64,000 nucleotides of DNA. Source: Negaprion brevirostris (lineage: Eukaryota). The translations under genes and the position numbers were made by a program. The notes beneath the pieces are model-generated. The model ran no database searches, was not told the origin of the DNA, and worked only from the letters and a program-made list of their open reading frames with translations. The DNA lies in NCBI GenBank assembly GCA_030324005.1, contig JARDVH010000042.1, forward strand, positions 68,395,687-68,459,686, in the 5' to 3' direction. This document shows, one piece after another, positions 34,890 through 48,600 of this stretch (position 1 is its first letter; every line of letters starts with the position of its first letter).

Positions 34890-37185
34890 CAGGTGATGTG
34901 GGAGCATCTGGATGCTATTGCAATCCAGGGCAAGCACACCTGCAGCAATTGCTCGAGGAGTCTTGGTTCAGAATCATTGATTTGCAGATATTGTGATGCA
35001 TCAGGATGGGTGAAAGTTCCCTGGACGTTTTCTGCCAGAAAGCAGTCACACCACTTAGAATAAGGTCTTTTGATTTGGCCAGTGATCAGGGATCTAAGGG
35101 TGTGACTGCAGATGAGGCAGATAAGGGGACCCAGAGTGCTGGTGTCTCAGTTTTTGCAGTTTTACAACAGGTTTGAGGTTCTTTCAGTTTGTTTGAATGA
35201 GAGTGGTGGCTGCAGGGATGAACTCTTTGGATATGATACAGGAAGCCATTCAAGTTCGAGGAGCAGAAAGGAATATATGGTAGTAGGAGACAGAATAGCG
35301 TGTGCAATTGACCCTATTCTCTGCTGCAAGGAGCAAGGCCATGATTCTCCAATCCCTCGGTGCTAATTTTTTAGTGCAGCAGGTCGGGAGATTCTTGCAT
35401 TGGCTGATTCATAGGGTTCATTCATGCATTCCTGTGTCAATAGTGTCACCCAGCACCGGGTTTCTGGTGGCATCAGCTCCACACTGGAAATGGTCATTTG
35501 AGTGACCATTAGTGAGCCCGGTGGGGCAGAAGACTCCAGGCCCACTAGTGGCCCGACCCCACTGAAGTGAAAGGCAGGGGGTGTGGTGTTGGGAGGGCAG
35601 AGGGCCAGCAATGCAGGGAATCACGGGGCTGGCCAGCAATCGGGAGACTGGCAGATGGGCCACAGCACATGCGCCAATCTTGGCGCAGACAGTTTGATGC
35701 ATGCACAGTGGCCTGCTCAGCACTGCTCTGTTGGCCTCTGCAGGAGGAGCAGGCCCTGCCCACTATTGTATATGATATACACGCTAATGACCTCTGCAGT
35801 GCACAGAGTGTGGGAGATTCTTCTCTGAACTTCCACTGAAAGAAAAGACATTTAAAGGGGTATTTCAGAATATACAGAACAGATACGTTCCAATGAGAAA
35901 GAAAAATTACAAGGGGAGGACCCATCATCCATGGCTAACTATAAAAGTTAAATAGAATATTTAATTATTATAGGCGGGAAAGTGGAACTGAGCCACGACA
36001 GACCAGCCATGATCTTATTGAATGGCGGGGCAGGCTCGAAGGGCTAGATGGCCTACTCCTGCTCCTATTTCTTATGTTCTTATTAAACTTAAAGACAAAG
36101 CTTATATGGGTGGCAGGTCAGAAGATTGGACAGAATGTGAAAAACAGTAAACAACAAAGACTTAAAATGGAAGGAAGGAAAGAAAACTAGCTAGTAATAT
36201 AAAACACAAAAAATAAAGTGAGTGAGTGTTGGTACTACAGAAACTGAATCTGGGGAATTAATAATGGGAATTAAGGGGATGGCAAATGAATTGAGTAAAT
36301 ATTTTGCATCAGTATTCACTATGGAAGATACAAATAACATCCCAGATCCAGGAATAGCTATCAATGGAGAGGACAGAGGAACTCAAGAAAATTTCAATCG
36401 CTGGAAATTGGTACTTAGCAAATTGTGGGGGTTGTGTGCTAACCAGTCTCTGGAGCCTGATGGGCTTCATCCCAGAGTCTTAAAAGAAGTGGCTAATAAG
36501 ATTGATATGTTGGTTTTAATTTTCCAAAATTTCATAGATTCGAGGAAGATTCCACTAGATTGGAAAATAGCAAATGTAACACTTTTTATTCATAAAGGGA
36601 AAATGTCAGCAGCTATTATGAAATTATGTGAGGACATTTGGATAAATTCAAGGTAACCAGGCAGAATCAACATAGTTTTGAAAGGAGAAATCATATTTAA
36701 CCAATTTATTGGAGTTTTTTGAAGAGATAACATATGCTGTTGGTAAAAGGGAACCAGTGAATGTATTATACTTAGATTTCCAGAGGCATTTGGTAAGGTG
36801 CCACATTAAAGGTTATTGCAGAAAATAAATTTCATGGCAATGAGAGCAATTTATTGGCATGGATAGAAGATTGGCTATTGAACAGGAAACAGTGAGTTGG
36901 CATAAATGGATCATTATCTGGTTGGCAAGACGTAATGAGGGGTGCCACAGAGATCAGTGCTGGGGCGTCAACTTTTTACAATTTATTTAAATTACTTAAA
37001 TGAAGGGATCAAAGGTATGGTTGTTAAATTTGCTGATGGCACAAAAATAGATTGGAAAATAGGTTATGGAAAAGGGCATAAGGAGGCTACAAAGGGATAT
37101 GGATAGGTTAAGTAAGTGAGAAGATATGTGGTAAAAGGATATGCTATGGGAAAATGTGAAATTGTCTATTTTGACAAGAAGAATA
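34890..37185 (+). mobile_element. Internally deleted, degenerate CR1 LINE with ORF1 remnant and ORF2 RT; nested insertions at about 35360-35830 and 35970-36080
   Basis: ORF1-like NRFEVL..VVGD; ORF2 MANELSKYFASVF, PDGLHPRVLKEVA, PLDWKIANVT, YLDFQ, KFAD. Confidence 0.8.
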
Positions 37186-38682
37186 ACCTGATTGTTTTAA
37201 ATAGCAGTAGTGCTGGGCCTCTCTTTGTTGATTGGCAAGCAAATTTGTTTGAATGGATCTGTGTGGTCCAAAATTGGGCAACAGTCTTAAACCAGCTGGT
37301 GGGGCTGTGTGATATTATCAGATCATTTCCACTGCTTTTGGAGCTCACAGGGGACGCCTGTACAAGTAGTCTTCTCAACATGTTAAGCAATGGAGGGTGC
37401 ACTGAAAGCAACTGATGATGTAATGCAAACTCGCAGGATGGTGACCGGATTCCTTATTGCTGCCTCCAGTGTTGCTGCACTTCTGAATTTTATGCCTGTT
37501 TTCCTTCCTCTATCAGAAGAGCTGAATCACACCAGTTACAGTTCCATGAGGGAAAAAAACCCTAAAAACTCAGATTAATTTAGCTCCAAGTAGAAAACAG
37601 AGCTCATTTTGTGGTTAAAAAGAAAATATTTTTGATATCGGAACTTCAGAGACCCATCAGAATGATTTATTTAAGGATGAAAAGCTTGCTGCCAGCATTT
37701 TGAGATACAATAGCTTGCTAATTTCCTTAAATGTTTTCAGCTATGCACAAAGTAGCAGTTAGTCTCTTGTTTTATTGATCTGTCGTCTCTTAAGTGGTTC
37801 TGTGTAGGAGAGGCTTTTTATGATTTTACACCATGTGACTAATACTGATGTCTAACTGCCAGAATGTGACAATTCCCAACAGCTGCACTTTGTATCCTTG
37901 TATAAGATAATTTATTCGTGCAGAATAATGCTCTTTAACATTTAACAGGTAATAAACATGACATAAATTTCCTCTTGCATTTAATTTTTCCCTTTTCTCC
38001 TCTACTAATGTGCAAACAGGCATTACTCGTGCTCTAAATAATCATCAATTTTTGGCTTTTTGTCAAGGGGAAATTTCAGTGCAAATTTAAATTAATGATG
38101 CCTGAAAATTTTTATAGCACTTTTGAAACCATTAATGTGCAAAGTAAAGGATATGTTGGCAATAATTAGTGTAGGATATAATATGAACAAGTAAAGTTTT
38201 CTGTTGCATTGATGTTCTGATGAACTGTTTAAAAAAAAATCCTTGCATAATAAAAAGTTTTCTTACAACACAAATCAGAACAACACCTAGAGGATAGGAG
38301 GGTTCCAAACAAAAAGTTCAAGTTGACCAATTATTAGGTTATTTTATTCATGACTTTAGGTGTGATTTAAAATGGATCTTTTCTAATTATACATTTGATG
38401 TAATGATATTAAATTCCTAAATAAAAAATATCATGGTGATTTGACCATAATAATTTTTCTCTTCCTCCCACATAATACATGACTTACAGTGCCCACAAAA
38501 AACTCTTTACTAAAGTCAAAAGTTCATATTTTCAGGGCATTGGCCTATTGTCCTTTCACCATTTTTACAAAAATTTTCAGTAACTACAAAGTGTTGATAT
38601 TTAACTCTTAAAAAGGCTCGCACAGTTTTCAGGCTTTGAATTCACATATGCTTTATAAATGAATGAATGCTATTAGTTTTTT

Positions 38683-38844
38683 TTTAAAGTTTATTTGTTA
38701 GTGTCACAAGTAGCTTACATTAACATTGCCACGAAGTTACTGTGAAAATCCCTCAGTCGCCACACTCTGGCACCTGCCCGGGTACACTGAGGGAGAATTT
38801 AGCATGGCCAGTGCACCTAACCAGCACGTCTTTCGGTCTTTCGG
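38683..38844 (-). mobile_element. Shark SINE 3' part (runs into a gap)
   Basis: aaagtttatttgttagtgtcacaagtagcttacattaacattgc is the reverse complement of the SINE tail. Confidence 0.75.
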
Positions 38845-40138
38845 NNNNNNNNNNNNNNNNNNNNNNNNNNNNNNNNNNNNNNNNNNNNNNNNNNNNNNNN
38901 NNNNNNNNNNNNNNNNNNNNNNNNNNNNNNNNNNNNNNNNNNNNNNNNNNNNNNNNNNNNNNNNNNNNNNNNNNNNNNNNNNNNNNNNNNNNNNNNNNNN
39001 NNNNNNNNNNNNNNNNNNNNNNNNNNNNNNNNNNNNNNNNNNNNNNNNNNNNNNNNNNNNNNNNNNNNNNNNNNNNNNNNNNNNNNNNNNNNNNNNNNAC
39101 TTTAAAATTAAAGATTTATATATTTAACCCCACCCACACTCCTGTTTAATCCTTTTAAAGAGATATTTTCACCCTGATGTTGAAGAAGCAAACTGAGTAA
39201 TTATCATAATAGGGTAATCTAAGCTGTAACGATGGCAATAATTGTCTTAAAATTCAATAGTAATCCTGAATTTAAATGCTGCTACTCCAGTGACATTGTG
39301 AATGGAGAAGTGCTCTCGGGAGAGGGAGCTCAGCTTGCAGGGGTTATTGCTTGCCAGCACCTCTGAGGAATTAAATAGGTTAACGGGTTGCTGAGATAGA
39401 CAAGAACATTTAGGATTAATTAATTAGGATTATGACACTTTACAATTAATATGGCATTTTGGTGTTGATATTTGCAAAGACATGTTGGAAGCTTGAGGTT
39501 GACCCTTCTTGTTCCCATCAATGTCGAAAACCACAACATCAAAAACTGTCCTTTCAGTATTTTTTATAAATAGCTTTTCCCTCAGTCATGTTATGCTGTC
39601 CAATGCAGCTTTTAAGTCTGCAATTTAAATGGATAGGCTAGCTAATAAGTGTTTTGGACATTGTCTCTTTAGATTATTATATATGTTGGGCACCTACCAT
39701 CTTATTTAATTATACAACAGCCAACAATCGTAAAATGGTTCCAGCACAAAGGAGGCTGTTTTGACCTGTTGTGTCCCTGCTGGCTTTTCACACATTATGC
39801 AAAGTCTCTATCCTAAGGTTTGTGCAATTAGTGGTCTTTACCTGTAAGTCCCTGAATTACATCCTCNNNNNNNNNNNNNNNNNNNNNNNNNNNNNNNNNN
39901 NNNNNNNNNNNNNNNNNNNNNNNNNNNNNNNNNNNNNNNNNNNNNNNNNNNNNNNNNNNNNNNNNNAGAAAAAATAACTTTTAATTTCATGGACACGGCA
40001 TTATGATGAAGAAATGCAATAATATGAGGTGATAAACCACTTAATGTGATGCCATTGGAAGCAGTTATAATCTGTACATTAGCATAATTTGCATTTAAAA
40101 CCAATATGTGCTAAAGTCAATCAGCGTTTATCATGTTA

Positions 40139-40747
40139 GGGGCGGCACAGTGGCACAGTGGTTAGCACTGCTGCCTCATAGCGCCAGGAACACGGGTTCG
40201 ATTCCTGGCTTGGGTCCCTGTCTGTGCAGATTCTGCACATTCTCCCCTTGTCTGCATGGGTTTCCTCCGGGTGCTCCAGTTTCCTCCCACAGTCCGAAAG
40301 ACGTGCTGGTTAGAAACATAGAAACATGGAAGAGAGAAGCAGGAGGAGGTCATTCGGCTCTTCAAGCCTGCTCCGCCATTCATTACGATCATGGTTGATG
40401 ATCCAACTCAATAGCCTAATCCTGCTTTTTCCCCATTACCTTTCCCCCATAACCTTAGGCACATTGGCCGTGCTAAATTCTCTCTCACTGTGCCCCAACA
40501 GGCGCCAGAGTGTGGCGACTAGCGATTTTCACAGTAACTTCATTGCAGTGTTAGTGTAAGCCAAACAAAGGGTCACCTGGACACAAACCATCAGCTTCTT
40601 TTGTTTCCTTCCAGATGCTGCCAGACCTGCTGAGATTCTCCAGCATTTTCTCTTTTGCTTTCAGATTCCAGCATCCGCAGTAATTTGCTTTTATTTGTTT
40701 AATGTAAGCCTACTTGTGATGCTAATAAATAAACATAAATAAACTTA
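40139..40747 (+). mobile_element. Shark tRNA-derived SINE with a nested CR1 tail (about 40312-40450) and a second nested tail (about 40561-40695)
   Basis: ggcggcacagtggcacagtggttagcactgctgcctca head, gggttcgattcc B box, body resumes at about 40455, aataaa-repeat tail. Confidence 0.85.
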
Positions 40748-42759
40748 AAACATCCAGGTTCTCAGGGTTTACTGGCTGTGTTACACAAACAAACTACACA
40801 CAGGCACCAATATCCCATTAAGTTTGGATTTGAGTGCACAGGGGCAAGGCCACTGATTCCATGGAAAATTGCTTAGAATACAACTTGGAAAGTAATGGCA
40901 GATTGCCTGAAAATTTCTGTATTTGTGTAACAAGAATGGAATTTTAAGTATTACAATAACAATTAGCCAATGTTTTGTTTTGCACATTAAATCTTGTAGA
41001 GGAAACAAAAAGAGATTGATCAAAATCCTCGAGATGAGTATAATTTTGCCTTTTTAGAGCTAAGGGCGGAAATGCTGCACTTTACTATGCATTAAAGGAT
41101 GAAAATCCACGTTACTATGGTAACAAAACTGCTTTCTAGATTGCTTCCTAAGATATCTCAGATGTCTGAATCAAGAAGCTCTCTCTCTGAATATAAACAA
41201 ATAACTTTTTAGGCAGGTGTTGGAAATCATATGGAAATCCTATTAAAAGGCCTTGTCTGTCAGGAAGCCGTTGCCCACAAAGGGGTTGGTTGTCTGAATG
41301 AAACGGACAGAGTTGATTCTCATTAGGTTTTAGCTTTCCCAGGAAATTATTGTCTCAGCATGTTCGCTTTCTCCTGTGAATTTGAATGTAGTCTGTTCTC
41401 CTATTGATCTGTTCTGCCTGCCCTCTGTAAATCAACACTTGAACCACAGTAGTCCTTTGAGATTTGTGATGTTTCCCCTGACTGGCCTGGGCCTGCCAGA
41501 TCCTGTTTGGATTAGAGGAGAAAGCCGAGGTTGTAGGTGCGGGAAAGGTGAAGCTTTTATATCTGCCCAGATGATTAAAGGTTTATTGATATTGTTGAGG
41601 ATGTGTGTGTTTGTATTCTGTCCTGCAGCCAGCTTTCCTGGTGCTATATTTCACTTGGCACTAAGTATTGAGCAGAACAGGAATAATAATTTATTTGTAC
41701 TTGCAGGTTTACTATTGTGGGCACACATTCAACAAAATAAATAGTATTTACTATTCAGACTACAATTAGTACAACATAGTGTGTGCATTTAAAAGGACAT
41801 TTTGGTTTCAATGATAGAATTAGAATTATAAAGAAAAACAAAGATGAACAATTTGTATTTGGGATGTTGATTTTTTTTTGGTTGAAAATAGAATATACTT
41901 ATGATATTGATGAGCAAACAAATTCACTATTATCATACAATACTTTTCCGACCATGTGATCCATTTTATACGGCCAATAAAATGCACATTGGTGGTCTCC
42001 AGTTGCCCTAGTAACAGACCACAGGGCATGCTGTATGTAAAATGCATGAACATCTGTGTTTTAATCTTTTTAGTTTATTCTTTTCTCGGCACTGATTGGA
42101 CCACTCAGACTTCTGCCTGTGACATTGCGTGAGGAGGGATAAGCTGCAGAGTTCCCTTGGGCTCTGCCCTAAGTGGTTGGCAGAATGGAAAAGTGAAGTG
42201 AGATTTAGCCAGGCAGCATTTTCAGTGGTTGAGGGATTTAGCCTGACGGTGCTCTCGGTGGGACTTTATTAGCTTAGTTTCTGCTACGCAGGGAAATGAA
42301 TAGAAATTTTCTAGTAAATCTAGGCATTAGTAGGGTTTATTGGTCTGTCTAGAAATATAAGCAGGAGAACTGAAGCAATCACTGTTTTTATATTATAAAT
42401 TTCTTTGTGCCACCTGCATTCCCTCTGGATTCTGTCCAGATACTGCAATATTGAATAAATTTATCTAATGCTATGGAAGAAATTCATATCTATTGTGTCT
42501 ATGGTTTAAAATGAATAAAGTATAAATGGCTGTCTGGGAAGTATGTTTAGAGTATTATTAAAACAGCATCCTTAATTAGATAGTTCTTATAGTAAAATAT
42601 TTTCTGTTGAAACGAAGCTGTACAAAATACTGTAAATGCACAAGGAAGAATACTTTGCATCCAAAATCAGGCTAACAATGTGATACTTAAACAATATAAT
42701 TGAGGCAAAATTGGCCAGTAAATTTCAAATGGATTCTTTGTTTTGATTTGTCCAAATTC

Positions 42760-43275
42760 GGTCAGATGTTTTCACTAGTGGGAGAATCTCGAAAAAGGGG
42801 ACATAACTGTAAGATAAAGAGATGGTCATTTAAAACTTAGGTGCTTAGAAATTTCTCCTCATAGAGGGTGGTGAATTCTTGGAATTCTATGCCCCAAAGG
42901 ATGACGACAGCTAGATATTTCTAAGTATTCAAAGTAGAGGTGGATAAATATTTGATAGCTTGAGGAATAGAGGGCTATAAAAATGAGTTTGATTGGTCAT
43001 GGTAAATTGTCCCTTTGTGTCCCAAGATATATAGGTTAGGGAGATTAGCAGGATAAAAATGTGGCATTACAGGGATAGTGCTGGATAAGAAGCTTGATGG
43101 GCCAAATGGTCTCCTTCTGCACATAAGGGATTCAATTCAATGATTCAATTCAATTCAATGAGATGGCACAGAAAAGGAGTTGAGGTCGGCATGGAGAGCC
43201 ATGATTATGTTGAATGACAGGACAGGCTTGAAGAGCCTGGTTGCCTACTCCTGCTTTTATCTCTTGTGTTCTTGT
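42760..43275 (+). mobile_element. CR1 LINE 3' end with a nested SINE tail
   Basis: FPLVGES..RGH..RNF...RVV..WNS-like remnant and 3' UTR; SINE tail at about 42990-43160. Confidence 0.7.
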
Positions 43276-46200
43276 ATATCCATGGAACCCAAATACCCAT
43301 TTTCAAAAAAACACAGTGAAATGGTAAACTAAACATTTTGGAGCTTGTGTTGACCAACGGTAATCTCTAAACATAAATACATGTAGAATCATTTCTATTG
43401 TTCTGTTGTCTTTAATGTTAGCACTTCTGACAGTTGTTTTGCATTGTCCTCGTTATGAGGATTGAAGCCAATTTGAAAATATATGTATTGTAGTTAGAGT
43501 AAATCGCAGCTTTCTAGTTTATTTCCAGATTTTTATTTTGTTCCTATAGCTTAAGCTTCATAGGATATTTATTTTTATAATCTGAATTTTTTTAAAATTG
43601 CAAATTTGATGCAGCGCTCAGTGTTATGTGTGTCCGTGTGTGTGTAATGTACAATTGATTTCAACATGTTTAGGCTGGGGAGGGGCAATGAGGCAGGGTT
43701 TCTGCCTGTGAATACTTGCCAGTGATCACTGTTGGAATGTCTCTGTTAACCCTTCACTCTCAAATAATCCTTTGGTCTTGACTGTCCACCAAAAGAATGA
43801 ACACTTTAGTGATTTACTCTTACTCTCGCCACCGTGAACCCAGGAAGAGTTGATACCTTCAAAAGAAGGGAAAAAATTGGACGGAAAAATAATTCCTCTC
43901 TCACAAAAGTTTCTTGTCACAGTACGTACGCACTGCTTATATTCAGTTATGCATTACAGATTTGTATTTCACCTCCACGGTTTAGAAACTGTGCCTGATT
44001 TATCAGAAGTTTGATCCAGTTTAACAGCTCTTGTCCCCTGCCCTCCCAATTGCTTTTGGTGCAGCCTGGTCCTCTTGATTCCAATCATTTGATGTCAGGT
44101 AAAAATGTGATTTATTAAGATTGTAATTGAAACTGAAGTGTGTGAAATTATTTTCTTTGCGCAAGTCATTTTCCAAAGCTTGAATTTTGTAATCCATTCA
44201 TATGTGTACAATTTTTTGTGTACTTATTATACCACCTATATTGTTTCAAGCACATTTAACATTTTTAAAATCACTTGCATTTGCTCTGCTACTCTCTAGT
44301 TTGGTCATTTCCTATTCATTTTCACAGGTAGTCAGGTCTCAGAATTGATGCTCGTATATGAATACAATACTGCAAGCCAATTATTTACACTGAAATATTC
44401 AGATACTGTAATAGAACGTGTAACAAGCTTGCCTGTTACGCATGGTGAAGCACGCAGATAACCAATCATTATACTTTCTTAGCCTGTTGCTGTGGCCATC
44501 AGAGTGTAAATTCATTGGATGACTCAGAATTCAGAAGTGAATTCCATTTATTCGACTGCCCATACTGCCTTATAATCCTCCAAACTGCATTTTTAAACTC
44601 ATTGCAAATCAGTGGCACAAAACAAAATAGAAAACATGAGAAAGTTCCAAATTTGTGTAATTAGTTAAATAATGGTTGATGAAGTGGAGTGGACTGTGTG
44701 ATATCACAGCAGCATTATGACCTCCTCAAGCTATCTCCAATCAACCCCAACTGTTGTTAATTGACAACTGAGAATATTTTCCAGTGGTACAAAATTCAGT
44801 ATTCAAATGATGCGTGATTGAATTAAGTGGTGATTTTCTGAGCGTGTATACAGTGAGGTATATAGTGGAGATCTGGTAGGTTGATTTAAGATGAAGCATA
44901 AGGTCAGAAGCTTAAGACAGAATGTCCTAATTGCAGTTTATTGGCCTTCTGTAAGTAAATTATTGCTATTCATTTAAGCTTTTCTTTTAATTGACAATTG
45001 TTAAGCTATTGTTGCTATCTGAGATAAATAATGTGCCTCGGACTTCAGTATAAAATGTTAGTTTAATTTTCCCCCAAAACAGTTGCGAATAAAAGTGAAT
45101 ACTTCTGCTGCAACATATTCTGATAGCTTGGTACAGTTTACCGATCCTAATACTGAGATTGCAAATTAAATAATAGTGAGGTACTTTAAAATATGCTGGC
45201 TATTGCAGCTGTGTGCTGCTACTTTCCTCTGTTTTTATTCCTCCTCACCTACACCCAAATTAACATTCTCCAGCATGTTAAAATTCAGACCATAATAGCA
45301 GATTCGTTCTGAGACATTGTTTGTTTAAATTTTCCCATTTCTAGGAAGGCAATTTCTTTTCTTGCACCAAATCAGCAGATTCACAGACCTAGATTATTAC
45401 TCTTCCCCACTCCCCATGACAGGCTGGAGGTGGTGCAAAATGTAGAAAATAGAAAATGTGTTCCCAACTCGCCAACGTCGGCATCCATTGCTGTTTTTAT
45501 ATCAGCAAGTAGCATGCCAGACAAATGTTTGACCTAGAGTGTAACACTTTGTTGACATATTTAAATCAGCCTGCCAGATTACAGATGAATTCAGTTATGA
45601 GTCTGGGAGTGGAAAACGTGACAGGTAGGGTATGTTAATTATGTGTGAGCTGAAATTTCAAAATAACGACAGCAGGTTCAGACTCAAAATTGAAGCAATT
45701 GATATTGCAGTGGTGGGTTGGGCATCACACTGTTCCATGCTAGGTTCCTGCTACATTTGCATCCCAGAGATTATCATTATCCTAAAGCTTAGTGGAAAAA
45801 AAACCTTCAAAGTTACGTCAGCGGCACATGGGAAACTCGTGGCACCTGCTTCAGCATGTAATAGTCAGTTGTGTGCAGTTAAGCCTGAGATGGACTGTAG
45901 TTGTCTTTGAAGAACGCAGCAGCACCATGAGGGTTAAGCAGGAGAATGGCGGCTTAGATGGAGGGTTGGAACTTGCAAGGATGAGTCAGGGTGAGGGCAG
46001 TGAGGTGCTGGAGAGATTCTATGGGGGACGGGTTGTGTGGGGTGACGGAGGTGCGGCATGGAGAACCTGAAGAGGGCTTTGAGGGAAGACAGCAGCGGGG
46101 CTGTGGTAGAAATATACGGTGAGAAGGGCCTGACATCTTGGGTGTGGCCAGGGTGAGTAGAGCCAGATATTGAAGATAAACAAAATGAGTGGCTGAAAGA

Positions 46201-46443
46201 GCAGTGTTAATACTGTGCAAATTGGGTCCGTATGCCAAACATAGGGTGCTGGCCGGCAGAGACAGCATTTACAGTCACGGGGGAGATCGGTACAGGGACC
46301 AGGTCTAATTTGAGATAAAATTAATAAAAATACCTCATAGGGCAGGGTCACAGGATTTAATGGCAATTGTAAGGATGATGCAGAGAGAGTCTATAGTCAG
46401 AGATGATATCTCAACAGGTTTAGGCTCAGTGGGGAGAAATGAA

Positions 46444-47376
46444 GGGGGCTATTCTCCCAAAAAAGTTCAAAGTGCTGAATTGGTGGGGAAAATGATGCAG
46501 TTCACGATTGTATTTTCAATGGGAGTTCATACTCAAATCTCCTTCACTCTGTCCACTGCAGAGGTCACAGTCATGAATATCATTAAAACTCGGGAGCAGG
46601 ACCTATTCACGCTGGAGTCTGATAGTTATGGAACTCTGCTATGTGCAGTGGCCCTGGTCTGTCAGCCTGCAGTTTGCTGGCCAGCTCAATTGTTGGCCAG
46701 CCTGGGGGACCCTCGCAGTGCTGTCCATCCAGCCCCTCGCAAGGGACCGATCGCGGCACGCAGAAGCATTCCTGGGTCAGCCCCTCCCACTCCCCCCTCT
46801 TGTCCCAGAGCACTGCAGTCTCCAGACACTGTCTGCCCCAATTGCTGGCCTCCCTCCAGCCCTGACCAATCCCCATGCAGTGGGAACCCCTACCCCTACA
46901 GATCGTCCCTAGGCCACACCCACAATTGGACCCACCCCCTTGACACTGCCCAGTGCCTAGTGGGCAGTATCAGGAGCACATGCTAGTACTGCCGGGGTAC
47001 CACCCCTATGCTGCCCAGCTCCTTGGGAGTGGGGGCCCGATTGCCCCCCCACTGCACTCCAGTGGGGTCTCCCACTTGTTCCCTGAAAGTGGAAAGCTAC
47101 TCTAAATCCTGCTTGAGTGAAATACTCTTGGTGGGATGGGAGATATTATTGGGCCAGAGAATTCAGTCCCGGGCCTGATAATGACATCTAAATTACTTTA
47201 CAAATAGATTAAAATCACTTACCTGGTTATCCAGCCAGTTTCTAGTGTGGTCATGATCGCGCCTGCTCTCTGGCAATGAGATGACAAATGTGCGAATCCC
47301 ATGAGTCGGCGTACGCATACATGTCCCAGCACAACCCACTGAAAAATTAGTGGGTGGGAAAGGAAGAATCGTCCCC
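46444..47376. mobile_element. Non-autonomous TIR element (Harbinger-related)
   Basis: GGGGGCTATTCTCCC ... GGAAGAATCGTCCCC inverted termini; a similar left end occurs at 58109. Confidence 0.6.
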
Positions 47377-47699
47377 AACATGTCAATCTTTGTTGGGGTG
47401 GGGGGGAGGTGTGGATATTCAAGGGTTATAGAGGGAAGACATGCAGTGATCTTTGGGAGGATCAAATGTCAAAGGTGGAAGGGAGAGGAAGAGTCCTGGA
47501 TTGCAATTCCAGGGTCACTCAGTGTTACTAGACATCCTCAAAAATATATAGTTGCCAGGGTGCAGATCCAAGTAGGAGGAGGCCAATGGAGGATGACTGG
47601 AGTTTTGGATGTGGACAGTGAAGGAGAGANNNNNNNNNNGTTTTATGGATAAAACCCTGAACACAGGTGCCCATGTCATTGTCTAGTAGAATATAAATG

Positions 47700-48600
47700 G
47701 GTGTCATACGCTCAATATTCCTACAATCTAAGGAGCAGGAGGAGAGGATTGATCAAGGAGGGCTCTCATGGATCAACAACTGAGGTCGCAAGGCCAGCAA
47801 CAGGCAGCACCAGAGGGTGAAGCTGGTCAAGAGATAATCATCCTGGGAAGGATAGAAGAAGAAGGTCACTGGTGCACCAACACATCTTCAGGACGCAAAG
47901 AACCACCAGAAGTCCAAGAGGCAATGTCAGAGACTGTCCTGGGAAGTGGTCACTGAAATTTGCCAGATTGTGCAGCAAGATCCACAGCCATGTGGATTTG
48001 GCGGCAACCCCCAAAGGCAGTGACCCATAAAGTGATTTTGGTGCTTTCTGAGCTCCACTGGCAACATGTGTGACGTTTCACTGACAGGCACACCAAAGAG
48101 GTGATCAGTTCCCTACTCCGTCATGCCAATGAATTAATCAGCTTCATCACAGATGACGAAGGCCAGTGCAATGGGCTTTTCAACCATTTCCACAGAGTAC
48201 AAGGGGTAATTGACTGTGTTCATGTTGCCGTTAGAGCTCCCTCAGTACAGTGGTATATAGCTACAAGTGATTCCAATCTCTAAACATCCAACTGGTCTGG
48301 GACCACAGGTGGAGCATTATGAAGATCTGTGCTTGTTTCCCAGGGAAACTCATGACTCATATCTTGTGGAATTCACAGCTTCCTGAATTTTTTGAGGAAC
48401 CTGCTCAAATTGACAACAGGAGCCTGCGCAACAAAAACAGTACACTCCGGACCTGGTTGATGAGGCATCTCCAGAGCGCGGTGGAAGAGTTCTACAATAC
48501 TGCTGGTACCTACACCGCAGCTGCCATCTAACAGGCTATTGGCATGTTGAAANNNNNNNNNNGTGGAGCATCTCCCACTATTCGCTGATGGCCTATCGGA
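47700..48600 (+). pseudogene. Decayed PIF/Harbinger (HARBI1-like) DDE transposase
   Basis: VQGVIDCVHVAVRAP (GxIDCTH motif), SLNIQLV.DH, KICACFPG..HDSYIL, TWLM; many frameshifts; terminus-like AAATTCCGCCC ends at 49022. Confidence 0.8.

Noticed and set aside
40139-40215. tRNA-like A and B boxes (also at 30940 and 22900)
   Set aside because: These are SINE heads continuing into SINE bodies, not tRNA genes
46360-46986. 208-aa ORF, the longest gap-free ORF in the track
   Set aside because: Lies in a GC-rich non-autonomous TIR element, has no recognisable domain, and is expected by chance at this GC content
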